A stretch of 64,000 nucleotides of DNA from the NCBI GenBank assembly GCA_963713975.1, contig OY970218.1:2400001-2464000 (forward strand). The letters run 5' to 3'. The notes under the pieces were generated by a model. It was not told the origin of the DNA. It did no database searches and was given only the letters and a program-made list of their open reading frames with translations. The position numbers and the translations under genes were made by a program. The DNA comes from an uncultured Chloroflexia bacterium. GTDB taxonomy: Bacteria; Chloroflexota; Limnocylindria; Limnocylindrales; CSP1-4. Of the stretch, positions 31,601-42,029 are shown in pieces. How positions within the stretch are numbered: position 1 is the first letter of the stretch; each line of letters opens with the position of its first letter.

Positions 31601-32691
31601 TGGAGGGCTCGCCGGTGCCGGACCACGCCCCCGAGCGCCCGAATGACGACGCCGTCACGGCCCTCGAGGCAGAGCCGCACCGCCGGCACAACGCGCTGAC
31701 GGGCGAGTGGGTGCTGGTCTCCGCGGGGCGGACGAAGAGGCCCTGGCTTGGTGCCGAAGAGCCGGAGCCCCCGGAGGAGCGCCCGGTCCACGATCCCGAC
31801 TGCTACCTGTGTCCCCGCAACTCGCGGGTCACCGGGGACATGAACCCCGACTACGCGTCCACGTTCGTGTTCACCAATGACTTCGCGGCGCTGCGCCCGG
31901 ACACCTCGGAGGAGCGGGTGGGAGAGGGGCTGTTCCGCGCCGAAGGGACCCGGGGGACGTGCCGGGTCGTCTGCTTCTCGCCGCGGCATGACGTGACGCT
32001 CGCGGACATGAACACCCCAGCGATCCGGAACGTGATCGACGTGTGGGCCGACCAGACGACCGAGCTGGGCGAGCGCTTCCGCTGGGTCCAGGTCTTCGAG
32101 AACCGCGGCGCGGCGATGGGCGCCAGCAACCCGCATCCCCACGGCCAGATCTGGGCGGGCGACGCCCTTCCCGTCGAGGCCGAGCGCGAGACCGCGGAAC
32201 AGGCGCGCCACCACGCCGCCACCGGCCGACGCCTCCTCGCCGATTACGCCGTGGCTGAGCGGGGCGGGCCGCGCGTGATCCGGGACGAAGGCGGCTGGCT
32301 GACCCTGGTCCCGTTCTGGGCCGCGTGGCCGTTCGAGACGATGCTCGTCCCGATCCAGCCGGCGGCCCGCCTGGCCGACCTGGACGATGCCGGACGCGAC
32401 GGTCTCGCCGCCGCCCTGTCGGACCTGAACCGGCGCTACGACGCCCTGTTCCGGAGGCCGTTCCCGTTCTCGATGGGCTGGCACCAGGCCCCGTTCGGAG
32501 CCGGCGACGCCGGGGCCGACGCCGGGGCCGACGACGCCGGGGCCTCGTGGCAGGTCCACGCCCACTTCCTGCCGCCGCTCCTGCGGGCAAGCGTGCGCAA
32601 GTTCATGGTCGGCTACGAGCTGCTCGCGGAACCGCAGAGGGACTTGACCCCGGAGGAGGCTGCGGACCGGTTGCGCGACGCCTTGGGCTGA
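31600..32691 (+). CDS. galT: Galactose-1-phosphate uridylyltransferase
   Basis: HRRHNALTGEWVLVS, CYLCP, FENRG..MGASNPHPHGQ and RKFMVGYE motifs. Confidence 0.96.
   Translation: MEGSPVPDHAPERPNDDAVTALEAEPHRRHNALTGEWVLVSAGRTKRPWLGAEEPEPPEERPVHDPDCYLCPRNSRVTGDMNPDYASTFVFTNDFAALRPDTSEERVGEGLFRAEGTRGTCRVVCFSPRHDVTLADMNTPAIRNVIDVWADQTTELGERFRWVQVFENRGAAMGASNPHPHGQIWAGDALPVEAERETAEQARHHAATGRRLLADYAVAERGGPRVIRDEGGWLTLVPFWAAWPFETMLVPIQPAARLADLDDAGRDGLAAALSDLNRRYDALFRRPFPFSMGWHQAPFGAGDAGADAGADDAGASWQVHAHFLPPLLRASVRKFMVGYELLAEPQRDLTPEEAADRLRDALG
32505..32543 (+). repeat. 12-bp in-frame tandem repeat (GACGCCGGGGCC x3) in galT
   Basis: Encodes DAGA-DAGA-D-DAGA in a loop before WQVHAHF. Confidence 0.75.
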
Positions 32692-32736
32692 CCCCCGGGG
32701 CCGGGTACGATGGACCCGCACCGGACAGGAGGCACC

Positions 32737-34155
32737 ATGCGGCTCTGGGGCGGTCGGTTCGGCGATGGGCCGGACGCGCGGATGGCGGACTTCACGCGGT
32801 CGATCGAGGTGGACGCCGAGCTCGCGCTCGACGACATCGCCGGTTCGATCGCCCATGTGCGCGGCCTCGGGCGCGCCGGGCTGCTGACCGAGGACGAGGC
32901 GCAGGTGCTGGAGCGCGGCCTCGTGTCCCTGCGCGACGACATCGTTGCGGGCAACGTGGCCTGGGATCCGGCCCTGGAAGACGTCCACATGAACCTCGAG
33001 ACCATGCTGACCGAGCGGGTCGGTGCGGTCGGCGGGAAGCTGCACACGGGGCGCTCGCGAAACGATCAGGTCGTCACGGACCTGCGCCTCTGGACGCGAC
33101 GGGCGATCGGGCGGCTCGACGAGGCGCTGCTCGGCCTCGAGCGGGCCCTGGTCGACCTCGCCGACCGCGACGGCGACGCGGTCCTGCCCGGCACGACCCA
33201 CATCCAGCCGGCCCAGCCCGTGCTGCTCGCCCACCACCTGCTCGCCTACGTCGAGATGCTGGAGCGGGACCGCGGCCGCCTTGCCGACGCACGTCGCCGC
33301 CTCAACGTGTCCCCGCTGGGGGCCGGCGCGCTGGCAGGATCCGGCTATCCGCTGGACCGCGAGACGACGGCCGCCGAGCTCGGCTTCGACGGGGTGACCG
33401 CGAACTCCCTCGACGCCGTGTCGGACCGCGACTTCGTGGTCGAGGTCATGGCGGCCGTGGCGCTGGCCATGGTCCATCTCAGCCGCCTTGCCGAGGAGCT
33501 CACCTGGTGGTCGAACCCGCGCTTCGGGTTCGTGCGCGTGGCCGACGCGTTCTCGACCGGCTCCTCGATGATGCCGAACAAGAAGAACCCGGACCCCGCG
33601 GAGCTGGTCCGCGGACGCGCCGCGGGGGTCATTGGCGGGCTCGCCGGGATGCTGGCGCTGATCAAGGGCCTGCCGCTGGCGTACCAGCGCGATCTCCAGG
33701 AGGACAAGCCGGCGTTCTTCGCGGCGGTGACCACCCTGGAGACGTCGCTGGGTGTGATGGCCGGCCTGGTCGAGACCCTCGTCATCGACCGCATCCGGAT
33801 GCGCGATGCCGCCGAGGAGGGGTACACCACGGCCACGGCCCTTGCGGACGCGTTGGTCCTGCGCGGCGTCCCGTTCCGTGCGGCCCACCACATCGTCGGC
33901 GGGCTGGTCGGCGGTGCCGAGGCAGAGGGGATCGCGACGCTCGCCGGGCTCCCCGACGAGGCATTCCGGGCGGCCCTGGACGGGTCCGACGATCCCGTCG
34001 CTCGCGGACTGGCGACGAAGCGGGGGATCGCGGTGACCCTGCGAGCCACGGCAACCCTCGAGGGTGCCCTCGCGTCGGCGGACGTGACCGGCGGGACGGC
34101 CCCTGGCCGGGTGGCCGCGGCGCTGGCGGCTGCAAAGGAGCGCCTCGGCGCCTGA
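32737..34155 (+). CDS. argH: Argininosuccinate lyase
   Basis: MRLWGGRF, EDVH, HTGRSRNDQ, GSSMMPNKKNPD and YQRDLQEDK motifs; RBS AGGAGG. Confidence 0.96.
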   Translation: MRLWGGRFGDGPDARMADFTRSIEVDAELALDDIAGSIAHVRGLGRAGLLTEDEAQVLERGLVSLRDDIVAGNVAWDPALEDVHMNLETMLTERVGAVGGKLHTGRSRNDQVVTDLRLWTRRAIGRLDEALLGLERALVDLADRDGDAVLPGTTHIQPAQPVLLAHHLLAYVEMLERDRGRLADARRRLNVSPLGAGALAGSGYPLDRETTAAELGFDGVTANSLDAVSDRDFVVEVMAAVALAMVHLSRLAEELTWWSNPRFGFVRVADAFSTGSSMMPNKKNPDPAELVRGRAAGVIGGLAGMLALIKGLPLAYQRDLQEDKPAFFAAVTTLETSLGVMAGLVETLVIDRIRMRDAAEEGYTTATALADALVLRGVPFRAAHHIVGGLVGGAEAEGIATLAGLPDEAFRAALDGSDDPVARGLATKRGIAVTLRATATLEGALASADVTGGTAPGRVAAALAAAKERLGA

Positions 34156-34237
34156 CGTGGCCGATTCCGAACCGGTCGGCCCTCCCCGGCACGCTCGGGG
34201 CGCGCTAGGATCGGACCACCGACCCTGAGGTGCTCCC

Positions 34238-35347
34238 GTGCTATCGCTCGACACCATCCACCAGGCGCCCAAGGCGCTGCTCCACGACCACCTCGACGGC
34301 GGCCTTCGGCCGGCGACGATCGTGGACCTGGCGCGCGAGTACGGCTATCGCGACCTCCCGACCGAGGATGTCGGGGAGCTCGCCGCGTGGTTCCGCCGCG
34401 GAGCGGATCGCAAGAGCCTCGAGCTGTACCTCGAGACCTTCACCCACACGGTGGGCGTGATGCAGGATCGCGACGCCATAGCCCGGATCGCCTCCGAGTG
34501 TGCGGAGGACCTTGCCGCGGACGGCGTCATCTATGCGGAGGTCCGCTTCGCGCCCGAGCTCTCCACCCAGAAGTCGCTGTCCCCGGACGAGGTCGTTGAG
34601 GCCGTGCTGGAGGGGTTCCGTGATGGCATGACACGGGCGGCCGCCGCCGGTCATCCCATCGTCGTGCGGGCGCTCGTGACAGCCATGCGCCAGGCCGCCC
34701 GATCCACGGAGATCGCGGAGCTGGCCGTCCGCTACCGCGACGACGGGGTCGTGGGCTTCGACATCGCCGGTCCCGAGGCGGGCTACCGGCCCACCCGGCA
34801 CCTCGCCGCCTTCGAGCACCTCCGGCGTGAGAGCGTCCACATCACCATCCACGCCGGCGAGTCGTTCGGGCTGCCGTCCATCCGGGAGGCGATCTCGGAC
34901 TGTGGCTCCGAGCGCCTGGGGCACGGGAACCGGATCATCGACGACATCATCGTCGATCCCGACGGCACCGTGCACCTGGGGCGCCTCGCCGCCTTCGTGC
35001 GCGACGCGCGCATCCCGCTCGAGCTCTGCCCGACGTCCAACCTCCACACCGGTGGTGTGGCGTCGATCGCGGAGCACCCGTTTGACCTCCTCCGCCGGCT
35101 GCGCTTCCGGGTGACCGTGAACACGGACAACCGGCTGATGAGTGGTGTCTCGATGACGTCCGAGATGAAGGTGCTCGACGGGACCTTCGGCCTGGGCCTG
35201 GGCGAGATGGAGTGGCTGACGATCAACGCCCTCAAGTCCGCGTTCATCCCGTTCGACGAGCGCCTGTACCTGATCAATGAGGTGATCAAGCCCGGCTATG
35301 CGCACCTGCGCGCGCGGGATGTGCACGCCGTGGCCTCGCACGGCTGA
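34238..35347 (+). CDS. add: Adenosine deaminase
   Basis: [29 protein letters not shown] and NTDN motifs. Confidence 0.93.
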   Translation: MLSLDTIHQAPKALLHDHLDGGLRPATIVDLAREYGYRDLPTEDVGELAAWFRRGADRKSLELYLETFTHTVGVMQDRDAIARIASECAEDLAADGVIYAEVRFAPELSTQKSLSPDEVVEAVLEGFRDGMTRAAAAGHPIVVRALVTAMRQAARSTEIAELAVRYRDDGVVGFDIAGPEAGYRPTRHLAAFEHLRRESVHITIHAGESFGLPSIREAISDCGSERLGHGNRIIDDIIVDPDGTVHLGRLAAFVRDARIPLELCPTSNLHTGGVASIAEHPFDLLRRLRFRVTVNTDNRLMSGVSMTSEMKVLDGTFGLGLGEMEWLTINALKSAFIPFDERLYLINEVIKPGYAHLRARDVHAVASHG

Positions 35348-35413
35348 TCCGTCGCCGGGCACGCCGCCGGTCGGGCCGAGGCACGCCGCTGCCCGCCGGG
35401 GCTGACCAGCACC

Positions 35414-36748
35414 TCAGGCGATCGGCAGAGCCACCACGAAGCGCGATCCGCCGAACCCGTTCTTCTCGATCCAGACCCGACCGCCCATCGCCTCCATCAG
35501 GCGACGCGCGGCGAACAGGCCGATCCCGGAGCCTCGGGAGCGTGCGCGGTCCACGCGGACGTAGGGCTCGAACACGGCATCCCAGTCCTCGATCGGTACG
35601 CCTGGGCCATCGTCCGTGATGTAGACCTGGATCTCCTCGGCGGTCACCCAGACCCCGAGCGAGACCGCCCGTTCGGGCGGCGCGTACTTGGCCTCGTTGT
35701 CCAGGAGCTGTTCCAGGACCTGACGGAAGCGCACCTCGTCGCCACGTGCCACCAGCGGGTGGTCCGGCGGCACCCAGCGCACCGCCCGGGTCCGCAACAG
35801 GAGGGCGAGGTTTCCAACGGTCCGGTCGATCGCGTACACGACGTCAAACGGCTCGCGGTGGAGGCCGGTGAGGCCCTCGCCACGGACGGACGCCAGGATG
35901 GAGTCCACCAGGCGGTCGAGGCGCGTGACCTGGTCGGTCGCCCCGGCATGCCAGTTCCGCACCGCCATCGCAGACGATTCGTCGGCGTTCGCGATCGCGG
36001 CGTCGACCAGCAGGTCCACGTAGGCCCGCACAACGGCGAGCGGCGTGCGGAGCTCGTGGGTGACCACGGACAGCAGCTCGGCCCGGGCGGCGTCGAGCTG
36101 CGACAGCCGGTCCAACTGTGCCTCGGCCTCGGCCTGCACACGCCCCTTCTCGACGATGCCGGCGAGCAGCGCGGCGATCGTGGCGAGGAACTCGATCTCC
36201 GATGCCTCGAAGTCGCGCTGCTCCCGGGTCTGCACGTTGATGACGCCGATCACCTGCTCATCCCACACGAGCGGCACCGACAGCATCGCGTGCAACCCGG
36301 CGATGTCGAAGCCGCGAACCCACGAGAACCGCGGGTCGCTGGTCACGTCGTGCGACGCCATCGGCTTGCGCTCCGCGGCGGCGCGTCCGGTCAGGCCCTC
36401 GCCCAGCTGCAGGCTCACGCGGCCGACCTGGTCCGTGTCCAGACCGTTCGTCGCTGCCAGGGTCAGGGTCAGGCCGTCACGGTCGAGGAGGTAGAACGAG
36501 CAGACCTCGACCGCCATCGCCACGGTCGTGCGGTCGACCACGGTGCGCATGAGCTCGTCCCAGTCGCGCGCCTGCGTTGCCAGCTGGGCGAACTCGTGCA
36601 GGAAGGCGAGACGGTTGATCTGCTCGAGATGGGCATCGTGGACCGGCTCGGGATCGGGCGCGCCACGGTGCTTTGCCTGCGCGCCGGCGACGGACGCGGG
36701 ATCTGCGGGTGCGGGCCCGGTGTCGTGGGCGGGGTCAGGGTGGCTCAC
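35414..36748 (-). CDS. GAF-domain sensor histidine kinase
   Basis: N-terminal GAF domain (LGEGLTG, VPLV, GVINVQ); H-box THELRTPL; N-box LLDNEAKY; DDGPGV and GSGIGL. Confidence 0.9.
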   Translation of the reverse strand: MSHPDPAHDTGPAPADPASVAGAQAKHRGAPDPEPVHDAHLEQINRLAFLHEFAQLATQARDWDELMRTVVDRTTVAMAVEVCSFYLLDRDGLTLTLAATNGLDTDQVGRVSLQLGEGLTGRAAAERKPMASHDVTSDPRFSWVRGFDIAGLHAMLSVPLVWDEQVIGVINVQTREQRDFEASEIEFLATIAALLAGIVEKGRVQAEAEAQLDRLSQLDAARAELLSVVTHELRTPLAVVRAYVDLLVDAAIANADESSAMAVRNWHAGATDQVTRLDRLVDSILASVRGEGLTGLHREPFDVVYAIDRTVGNLALLLRTRAVRWVPPDHPLVARGDEVRFRQVLEQLLDNEAKYAPPERAVSLGVWVTAEEIQVYITDDGPGVPIEDWDAVFEPYVRVDRARSRGSGIGLFAARRLMEAMGGRVWIEKNGFGGSRFVVALPIA

Positions 36749-36803
36749 GACATCACCCTACGGCATCGGGGCCGCGGCGTGCCGGCCTCGGAGCGACGAG
36801 GGC

Positions 36804-38087
36804 TCAGCCCGGGATGCTGTCGTCCCCGGCGATGCTCACGGGCAGCCCCGCGAGAAGCGGGTCCGTCCAGGTCCAGGCCGCGCCGTGATGGCTCCCGACG
36901 GCGCCATGGCGTGCGGCCTCCACCCGGAGCGGCAGGCCGAAGATCTCGATGAACCCCACGGCGGCGGCATGGTCAAAGGCGTCGCCCTCGTCGTACGTCG
37001 CCAGGTTCCTGTCATACAGGCTCAGGGGGGAGCGCCGTCCGATGACCGCCGCCCGCCCGTGGTCCAGGCGCATCCGCACGTCCCCCGACACCACCCGCTG
37101 GGACGAGAGGGCGTACGCCCGCAGGTCACGCGAGAGGGCGCTGAACCACAGGCCGTCGTAGATGATCTGGGCCAGCTCGTCCGAGACCAGGCGGTTGAAC
37201 CGCAGCTGCTCCTTGGACAGCACGAGGCCCTCGAGCGCGTGGTGCGCGGTGTGCAGGATCACGGCGGCCGGGGCCTCGTAGACCTCCCGGCTCTTGATCC
37301 CGACCAGGCGGTCCTCAACGTGATCGATCCGGCCGACGCCATGCGCGGCGCCCAGCTCGTGGAGCCGCTCAACCAGCGCCACGCCACCGAGGGACTCGCC
37401 GTCGAGGGACACCGGGATGCCGCCCTCGAAGCCGATCACGATATCGACCGGGTCCGGTGCGTCCTTGGGGGCCACGGTCCAGGCGTAGGCGTCGTCGGGC
37501 GGGGTCACCCAGGGGTCTTCGAGGACGCCCGTCTCGCACGACCGGCCCCAGAGGTTCACGTCGATGGAGTACGGGGACGACTTGGTGATCGGGATCTCAA
37601 TACCCCGCTCGTTCGCGTAGTCGATCGACTGGTCGCGCGACAGGCCCATCCCGACGCGCATCGGCGCTACGACCTCGAGCCCCGGATCCAGCGCGTGGAC
37701 AGCGATGTCGAACCGGACCTGGTCGTTGCCCTTGCCGGTGCAGCCGTGGGCGACGGCGTCGGCGCCCTCCTTCTGGGCCACCTCGACCAGGAGCTGGGCG
37801 AGCAGCGGCCGGGCGAGGGCCGTGGCCAGCGGGTAGGCGCCCTGGTAGACGGCGTTGGCCTGGAGCGCCCGCCAGACGTACTGGCTCACGAACGTCTCCC
37901 TGGCATCCACGACGTACGCCCTGGAGGCTCCGGCCGACATCGCGCGGCGCTCGACACCCTCCCGGATGGAGCCGCCGCCGAGGTCGACGGTGAGCGTCAC
38001 CACCTCGGCCCCGTGCTGCTCCTTGAGCCAGGCGACGGCGACGGACGTATCGAGTCCGCCGGAATAGGCGAGCACGACCTTCTTCAT
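36804..38087 (-). CDS. argG: Argininosuccinate synthase
   Basis: LAYSGGLDTS, AHGCTGKGNDQVRF, SIDVNLWGRS and GIKSREVYE motifs. Confidence 0.97.
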   Translation of the reverse strand: MKKVVLAYSGGLDTSVAVAWLKEQHGAEVVTLTVDLGGGSIREGVERRAMSAGASRAYVVDARETFVSQYVWRALQANAVYQGAYPLATALARPLLAQLLVEVAQKEGADAVAHGCTGKGNDQVRFDIAVHALDPGLEVVAPMRVGMGLSRDQSIDYANERGIEIPITKSSPYSIDVNLWGRSCETGVLEDPWVTPPDDAYAWTVAPKDAPDPVDIVIGFEGGIPVSLDGESLGGVALVERLHELGAAHGVGRIDHVEDRLVGIKSREVYEAPAAVILHTAHHALEGLVLSKEQLRFNRLVSDELAQIIYDGLWFSALSRDLRAYALSSQRVVSGDVRMRLDHGRAAVIGRRSPLSLYDRNLATYDEGDAFDHAAAVGFIEIFGLPLRVEAARHGAVGSHHGAAWTWTDPLLAGLPVSIAGDDSIPG

Positions 38088-38584
38088 CGGGACATGGCCT
38101 CCATGTGCTGCGCCATCGGGACCGGCGCGTTGATCGCTTCGAAGCGCGCGAGCCAGCGCAGGAGGGCGGGCTCGTCGGGGAAGAGGACGAGGAGCGTGTT
38201 GTCGCCGGCCACCGTGCCGACCTGGTCGGCGAGCGTGGACTCGTCGATCGCCTGGGCGATGACGCTGGCGGTGCCGGGCTGCCCGGAGAGGACGAGGATC
38301 AGGCCGCTCCGGCCGATCGTGACGGGGACGTCCGCGAGGATCCGTCTCAGCCGTTCGTCGGACGGGGGCTGCCGAGCGCCGATGTCCTCGGGCACCACGT
38401 AGATGGAGTGGCCGCCACGCATGACCTTGGCGAGGCCGAGCTCCGCGACGTCGCGACTCACCGTCGCCTGGGTGACCTCGAAGCCCAGCCCCGAGAGCGC
38501 GCCCACGAGATCGCCCTGGCTGGTGATGGAGCCGGCCGCCACCAGCTGTCGGATGGCAAGGTGCCGGTCCCGCTTGACCATCAT
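38084..38584 (-). CDS. argR: Arginine repressor
   Basis: SQGDLV, VTQATVSRD and GTVAGDNT motifs. Confidence 0.93.
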   Translation of the reverse strand: MMVKRDRHLAIRQLVAAGSITSQGDLVGALSGLGFEVTQATVSRDVAELGLAKVMRGGHSIYVVPEDIGARQPPSDERLRRILADVPVTIGRSGLILVLSGQPGTASVIAQAIDESTLADQVGTVAGDNTLLVLFPDEPALLRWLARFEAINAPVPMAQHMEAMSR

Positions 38585-38588
38585 CGCG

Positions 38589-39371
38589 TCAGCCCGCCCC
38601 GGCATGGGCCCGAGCGCTGATGCGGGTGCCGAATGTCGGGTCGCTGAGCGAGCGGGCCAGCGCATCGGGGACCGAGCCGTCGGCGATGATCGCCTCGGCG
38701 CCATCCCACGCGAGGGCCGAGAGGGCCGCCCTGACCTTGGGGACCATCCCGCCGTGGATCGTGCCGTCCGCGATGAGGGCCTCGGCCTCGGCCGGCGTGA
38801 CGGAGTCCAGCTTGTGGCCGGCGGCGTCGCGCACGCCGTCGACGTCCGTCATCAGCACCAGCTGCCGGGCGCCGGTGCCTGCGGCGAGACCCGCGGCCGC
38901 GTCGTCCGCGTTGACGTTGCAGACGACGCCGGCCTCGTCGCGGGCGAGGGGTGCCACCACGGGGACCTGGCCGCCCACGAGGAGCTGGTCCAGCAGGTCG
39001 CGGCGGAGGCCCGTGACCGTGGCCACGAGGCCCACGCCCGGAAGGCGGTGCCCGATGAGCAGACCGCCGTCGACGCCCGAGAGGCCGACGGCGTCGCAGC
39101 CCGCATCTCGGAGGGTCGCGACCAGCTCGCTGTTGACGACGCCCCGCAGGACTGCGGCGGCCACCTCCAGCACCTCGGGGTCGGTGACCCGGATCCCGTT
39201 CTCGAAGCGCGTCTGGACGCCCATCCGGTCCAGCCACTCGGTGATCCGCTTGCCGCCGCCGTGGACGAGCACGATCGGCCGCCTGCGCGCCACCGCCGCG
39301 ACCTCGACCAGGACCTGGCGCTGCTCCGCGAGCGTGGTGCCCCCGAGCTTGACGACCACGATCTCGCTCAC
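38589..39371 (-). CDS. argB: Acetylglutamate kinase
   Basis: VVKLGG, VHGGGK, GIRVTD, NVNADDAA, TDVDGV and GGMVPKV motifs. Confidence 0.94.
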   Translation of the reverse strand: MSEIVVVKLGGTTLAEQRQVLVEVAAVARRRPIVLVHGGGKRITEWLDRMGVQTRFENGIRVTDPEVLEVAAAVLRGVVNSELVATLRDAGCDAVGLSGVDGGLLIGHRLPGVGLVATVTGLRRDLLDQLLVGGQVPVVAPLARDEAGVVCNVNADDAAAGLAAGTGARQLVLMTDVDGVRDAAGHKLDSVTPAEAEALIADGTIHGGMVPKVRAALSALAWDGAEAIIADGSVPDALARSLSDPTFGTRISARAHAGAG

Positions 39372-40747
39372 GTCGTGTACTCCGAGTTCTCCTTCACGTA
39401 GCCCTCCGTGAGGGGACAGCCGAACGCCTCCCCGGTGCCGGTCCCGATCCCGAGGTCGAGGCGGATGAGGACGTCGTCGGCCGCCATCGCAAGGCTCGCC
39501 GCGGTCTTGTCGATGGCCGTCGGGCCGCCCTGCGAGCCGTCGTAGGCGAGATGCCCGGCGACCGCGATTCGCAGCGTCGCGGGATCCACCGTGGCGGGCC
39601 GGCCGGCGCGACCGGCGGCCTCCGCTGGTGGCAAGCCGGCGGCCTCCAGGATGAATGCCTCGGCCACCACCGCGTTTCCGGCGGCGCCGGCGATCCGACC
39701 CCAGTTGGGATCCCGGCCGTGGACCGCCGCCTTGACCAGCGACGACGAGATCACGGCCCGCGCGACCGCACGGGCGTCGGCATCGTCCGCGGCCCCGCTG
39801 ACCTGGCAGGTGATGAGCGACGAGGCGCCTTCGCCGTCACGGGCCTGCTGGCGGGCGAGGTCCCGGGCCACGGCCTCGAGACCGTGGCGCAACACCGCCC
39901 GGACAGCGCGGTCCTCGTCCGCGGAGACGGCCCCGGCGGCACCCGAAGCGAGCAGGAGGACGGTGTCATTGGTGCTGGTATCGCCGTCCACCGACAGCTG
40001 GTCCCACGTGGTTGCGGCGACGCCGCGGAGCAGCTCGTGGAGGGTGGACGGCGAGGCGGTCGCGTCCGTGAGCACCACCGAGAGCATCGTCGCCATCCGC
40101 GGGTGGATCATGCCCACGCCCTTGGCGATCCCGGTCACGGTGACGTCTACCGTTCCCGTGCCGTCCGCGGCGGGGGCAGAGAGCGTGACGGAGGCCATCT
40201 TCGTCGTGGAGTCCGTCGTGCGCAGGGACTCGGCGGCGGCCTCGAGGGCCTCGTCGCCTGTGCTCAGGCCGCCGGCGGTCACCAGCGCCACGGCTTCGGT
40301 CACCTTGTCCAGCGGCAGCCTGGCCCCGATGACGCCTGTGGAGAGATGGAGGATCTGTTCCGGGGTCGCTCCGAGGGCACCGGCAACCGCATCCCCGATG
40401 GCGGCCTGGTCCGCGTCGCCGGCCGGCCCCGTGGCGGCATTGGCGCTGCCGGAGGTCGCGATCAAGGCCCTTGCATAGCCGGCGGCGGCGTCCGTGCCAC
40501 CGGTCGCCCGCAGGTTGGCCGTCGTGATGCGCACCGGGGCCGCCGCGAACCGGTTCCGCGTGACGACCGCCGCGGCGGGCACGGGTCCGTCCTTGGCGGC
40601 GATGATGGCGAGGTCCCGGCGACCGGATGCCTTGATCCCCGCCGCGATCCCCGCCGCGACGAATCCCGCCGGGATCCGTGCCGCACGCTCGACGGCGGGC
40701 AGGTTGGCGGGCAGCGGCGCGAGCAGCGGATCGGTGGCGATGGGCAC
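39368..40747 (-). CDS. argJ: Ornithine acetyltransferase (ArgJ)
   Basis: SGSANAATG, STGVIG, TTDS, KGVGMIHPRMATML, DGDTSTNDT, DGEGA and NWGRI motifs. Confidence 0.95.
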   Translation of the reverse strand: MPIATDPLLAPLPANLPAVERAARIPAGFVAAGIAAGIKASGRRDLAIIAAKDGPVPAAAVVTRNRFAAAPVRITTANLRATGGTDAAAGYARALIATSGSANAATGPAGDADQAAIGDAVAGALGATPEQILHLSTGVIGARLPLDKVTEAVALVTAGGLSTGDEALEAAAESLRTTDSTTKMASVTLSAPAADGTGTVDVTVTGIAKGVGMIHPRMATMLSVVLTDATASPSTLHELLRGVAATTWDQLSVDGDTSTNDTVLLLASGAAGAVSADEDRAVRAVLRHGLEAVARDLARQQARDGEGASSLITCQVSGAADDADARAVARAVISSSLVKAAVHGRDPNWGRIAGAAGNAVVAEAFILEAAGLPPAEAAGRAGRPATVDPATLRIAVAGHLAYDGSQGGPTAIDKTAASLAMAADDVLIRLDLGIGTGTGEAFGCPLTEGYVKENSEYTT

Positions 40748-40771
40748 GGGCGAGCCTCTTGGGGCGGCGCG

Positions 40772-41887
40772 CTAGGGCGCGAGCGGGAGCTGGAGGAGGC
40801 CGGACGGCTCCGGCATGCCGTGGACGACGTTGAAGGCCTGGATCGCCTGGCCGGCGGCGCCCTTGACCAGGTTGTCCAGGACGCCGATGGCGAGCACCCT
40901 GCCCGTGCGCTCGTCCACGCGGCAGAAGACGCGGAACTCGTTGCTGCCCAGGACGTGCTTGGTTGCCGGGGCGTGGTCCACGACCGAGATGAAGGGCTCT
41001 TCGCCGTAGGCCGTCGCGTACAGGTCGTCGAGCTCCTGCTGAGTCACGGGGCGGGTCGGCCGCACATGGCAGGCCGAGAGGATCCCGCGGGTCATCGGGA
41101 CGAGGTGGGGCAGGAAGTCGATGCCGCTGGCGCCGGGGTTGGCGCCCGGGATGGGGGACTGCCCGAGCAGCTCCTGCTCGATCTCGCCGATATGGCGATG
41201 GGTGAAGATGCCGTACGCCCGGACGCTCTCGTTGACCTCGCCGAAGTGGAGGTCTGACTTGGGGTCCCGGCCCGCGCCCGACACGCCGCTCTTGGCGTCC
41301 ACCACGACGTCTGCGATCAACCCGGCCCGGGCGAGGGGTGCCAGGGCCAGGATCGTGGTCGTCGCGTAGCAGCCCGGCGAGCCGACGATCGCGCCGGGCT
41401 TCGTGCCCAGCGCGGCCAGCTCCGCGCGATGCAGCTCCGGCAGGCCGTACACGGCGGTCGGGAGCAGGTCCGGCCGTGGGTGGTCGAAGTGGTACCAGGT
41501 CGGGTAGTCCGCGGCATCGCGGAACCGGAAGTCCGGGCCCAGGTCGATGACGGTTTGCCCGCGGTCCAGGAACTCGTCGATGCGGGCCGCGACGACACCG
41601 TGGGGGAGCGCGAGGAACACCGCCTCGGCGTCCTCGGGCACCTGGTCGTAGACGTGCAGGTCTCGCGTGGCCAAGTGCGGATGGATGTGCGCGATCGGGT
41701 CGCCCTTGCGCTCGCGGCCCACGAGGCCCGTGATGGTCACGTGCGGGTGAAGTGCCAGGAGCCGGATCAGCTCCGCCCCGACGTAGCCCGTGGCGCCCAC
41801 GATCGCGACGCGGATCGGGCCTTCGCCCCGCAACGCTCGCGATCCACGATCCGCCGCGAGCCCCGCGCCCGCCGACCCCGCGCTCAC
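40772..41887 (-). CDS. argC: N-acetyl-gamma-glutamyl-phosphate reductase
   Basis: GATGYVG, FLALPHG, PGCY, SGVSGAG and DNLVKGAAGQA motifs. Confidence 0.96.
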   Translation of the reverse strand: MSAGSAGAGLAADRGSRALRGEGPIRVAIVGATGYVGAELIRLLALHPHVTITGLVGRERKGDPIAHIHPHLATRDLHVYDQVPEDAEAVFLALPHGVVAARIDEFLDRGQTVIDLGPDFRFRDAADYPTWYHFDHPRPDLLPTAVYGLPELHRAELAALGTKPGAIVGSPGCYATTTILALAPLARAGLIADVVVDAKSGVSGAGRDPKSDLHFGEVNESVRAYGIFTHRHIGEIEQELLGQSPIPGANPGASGIDFLPHLVPMTRGILSACHVRPTRPVTQQELDDLYATAYGEEPFISVVDHAPATKHVLGSNEFRVFCRVDERTGRVLAIGVLDNLVKGAAGQAIQAFNVVHGMPEPSGLLQLPLAP

Positions 41888-41952
41888 GGGCGCGTCTTGC
41901 CGCTCTCCGGCGGCAGGTCGGTGGGAGTGGAGGTCGGGCGGAGCGTGATCAC

Positions 41953-41986
41953 CGAATGACTATACAGTCGACTGCATAGTCATGCA
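41953..41986 (-). promoter_or_regulatory. Tandem ARG boxes (ArgR operator) upstream of argC
   Basis: CGAATGACTATACA and TGCATAGTCATGCA, spaced 20 bp start-to-start. Together they form a 28-bp near-perfect palindrome (41956-41983) that stands out as AT-rich. Confidence 0.85.
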
Positions 41987-42029
41987 ATCGCGTTGCTGGC
42001 CGCCGGGCGCCCCGCCCCCGTCCCCGCCG

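Noticed and set aside
31525-34272. 915-aa minus-strand ORF
   Set aside because: Antisense shadow of galT and argH.
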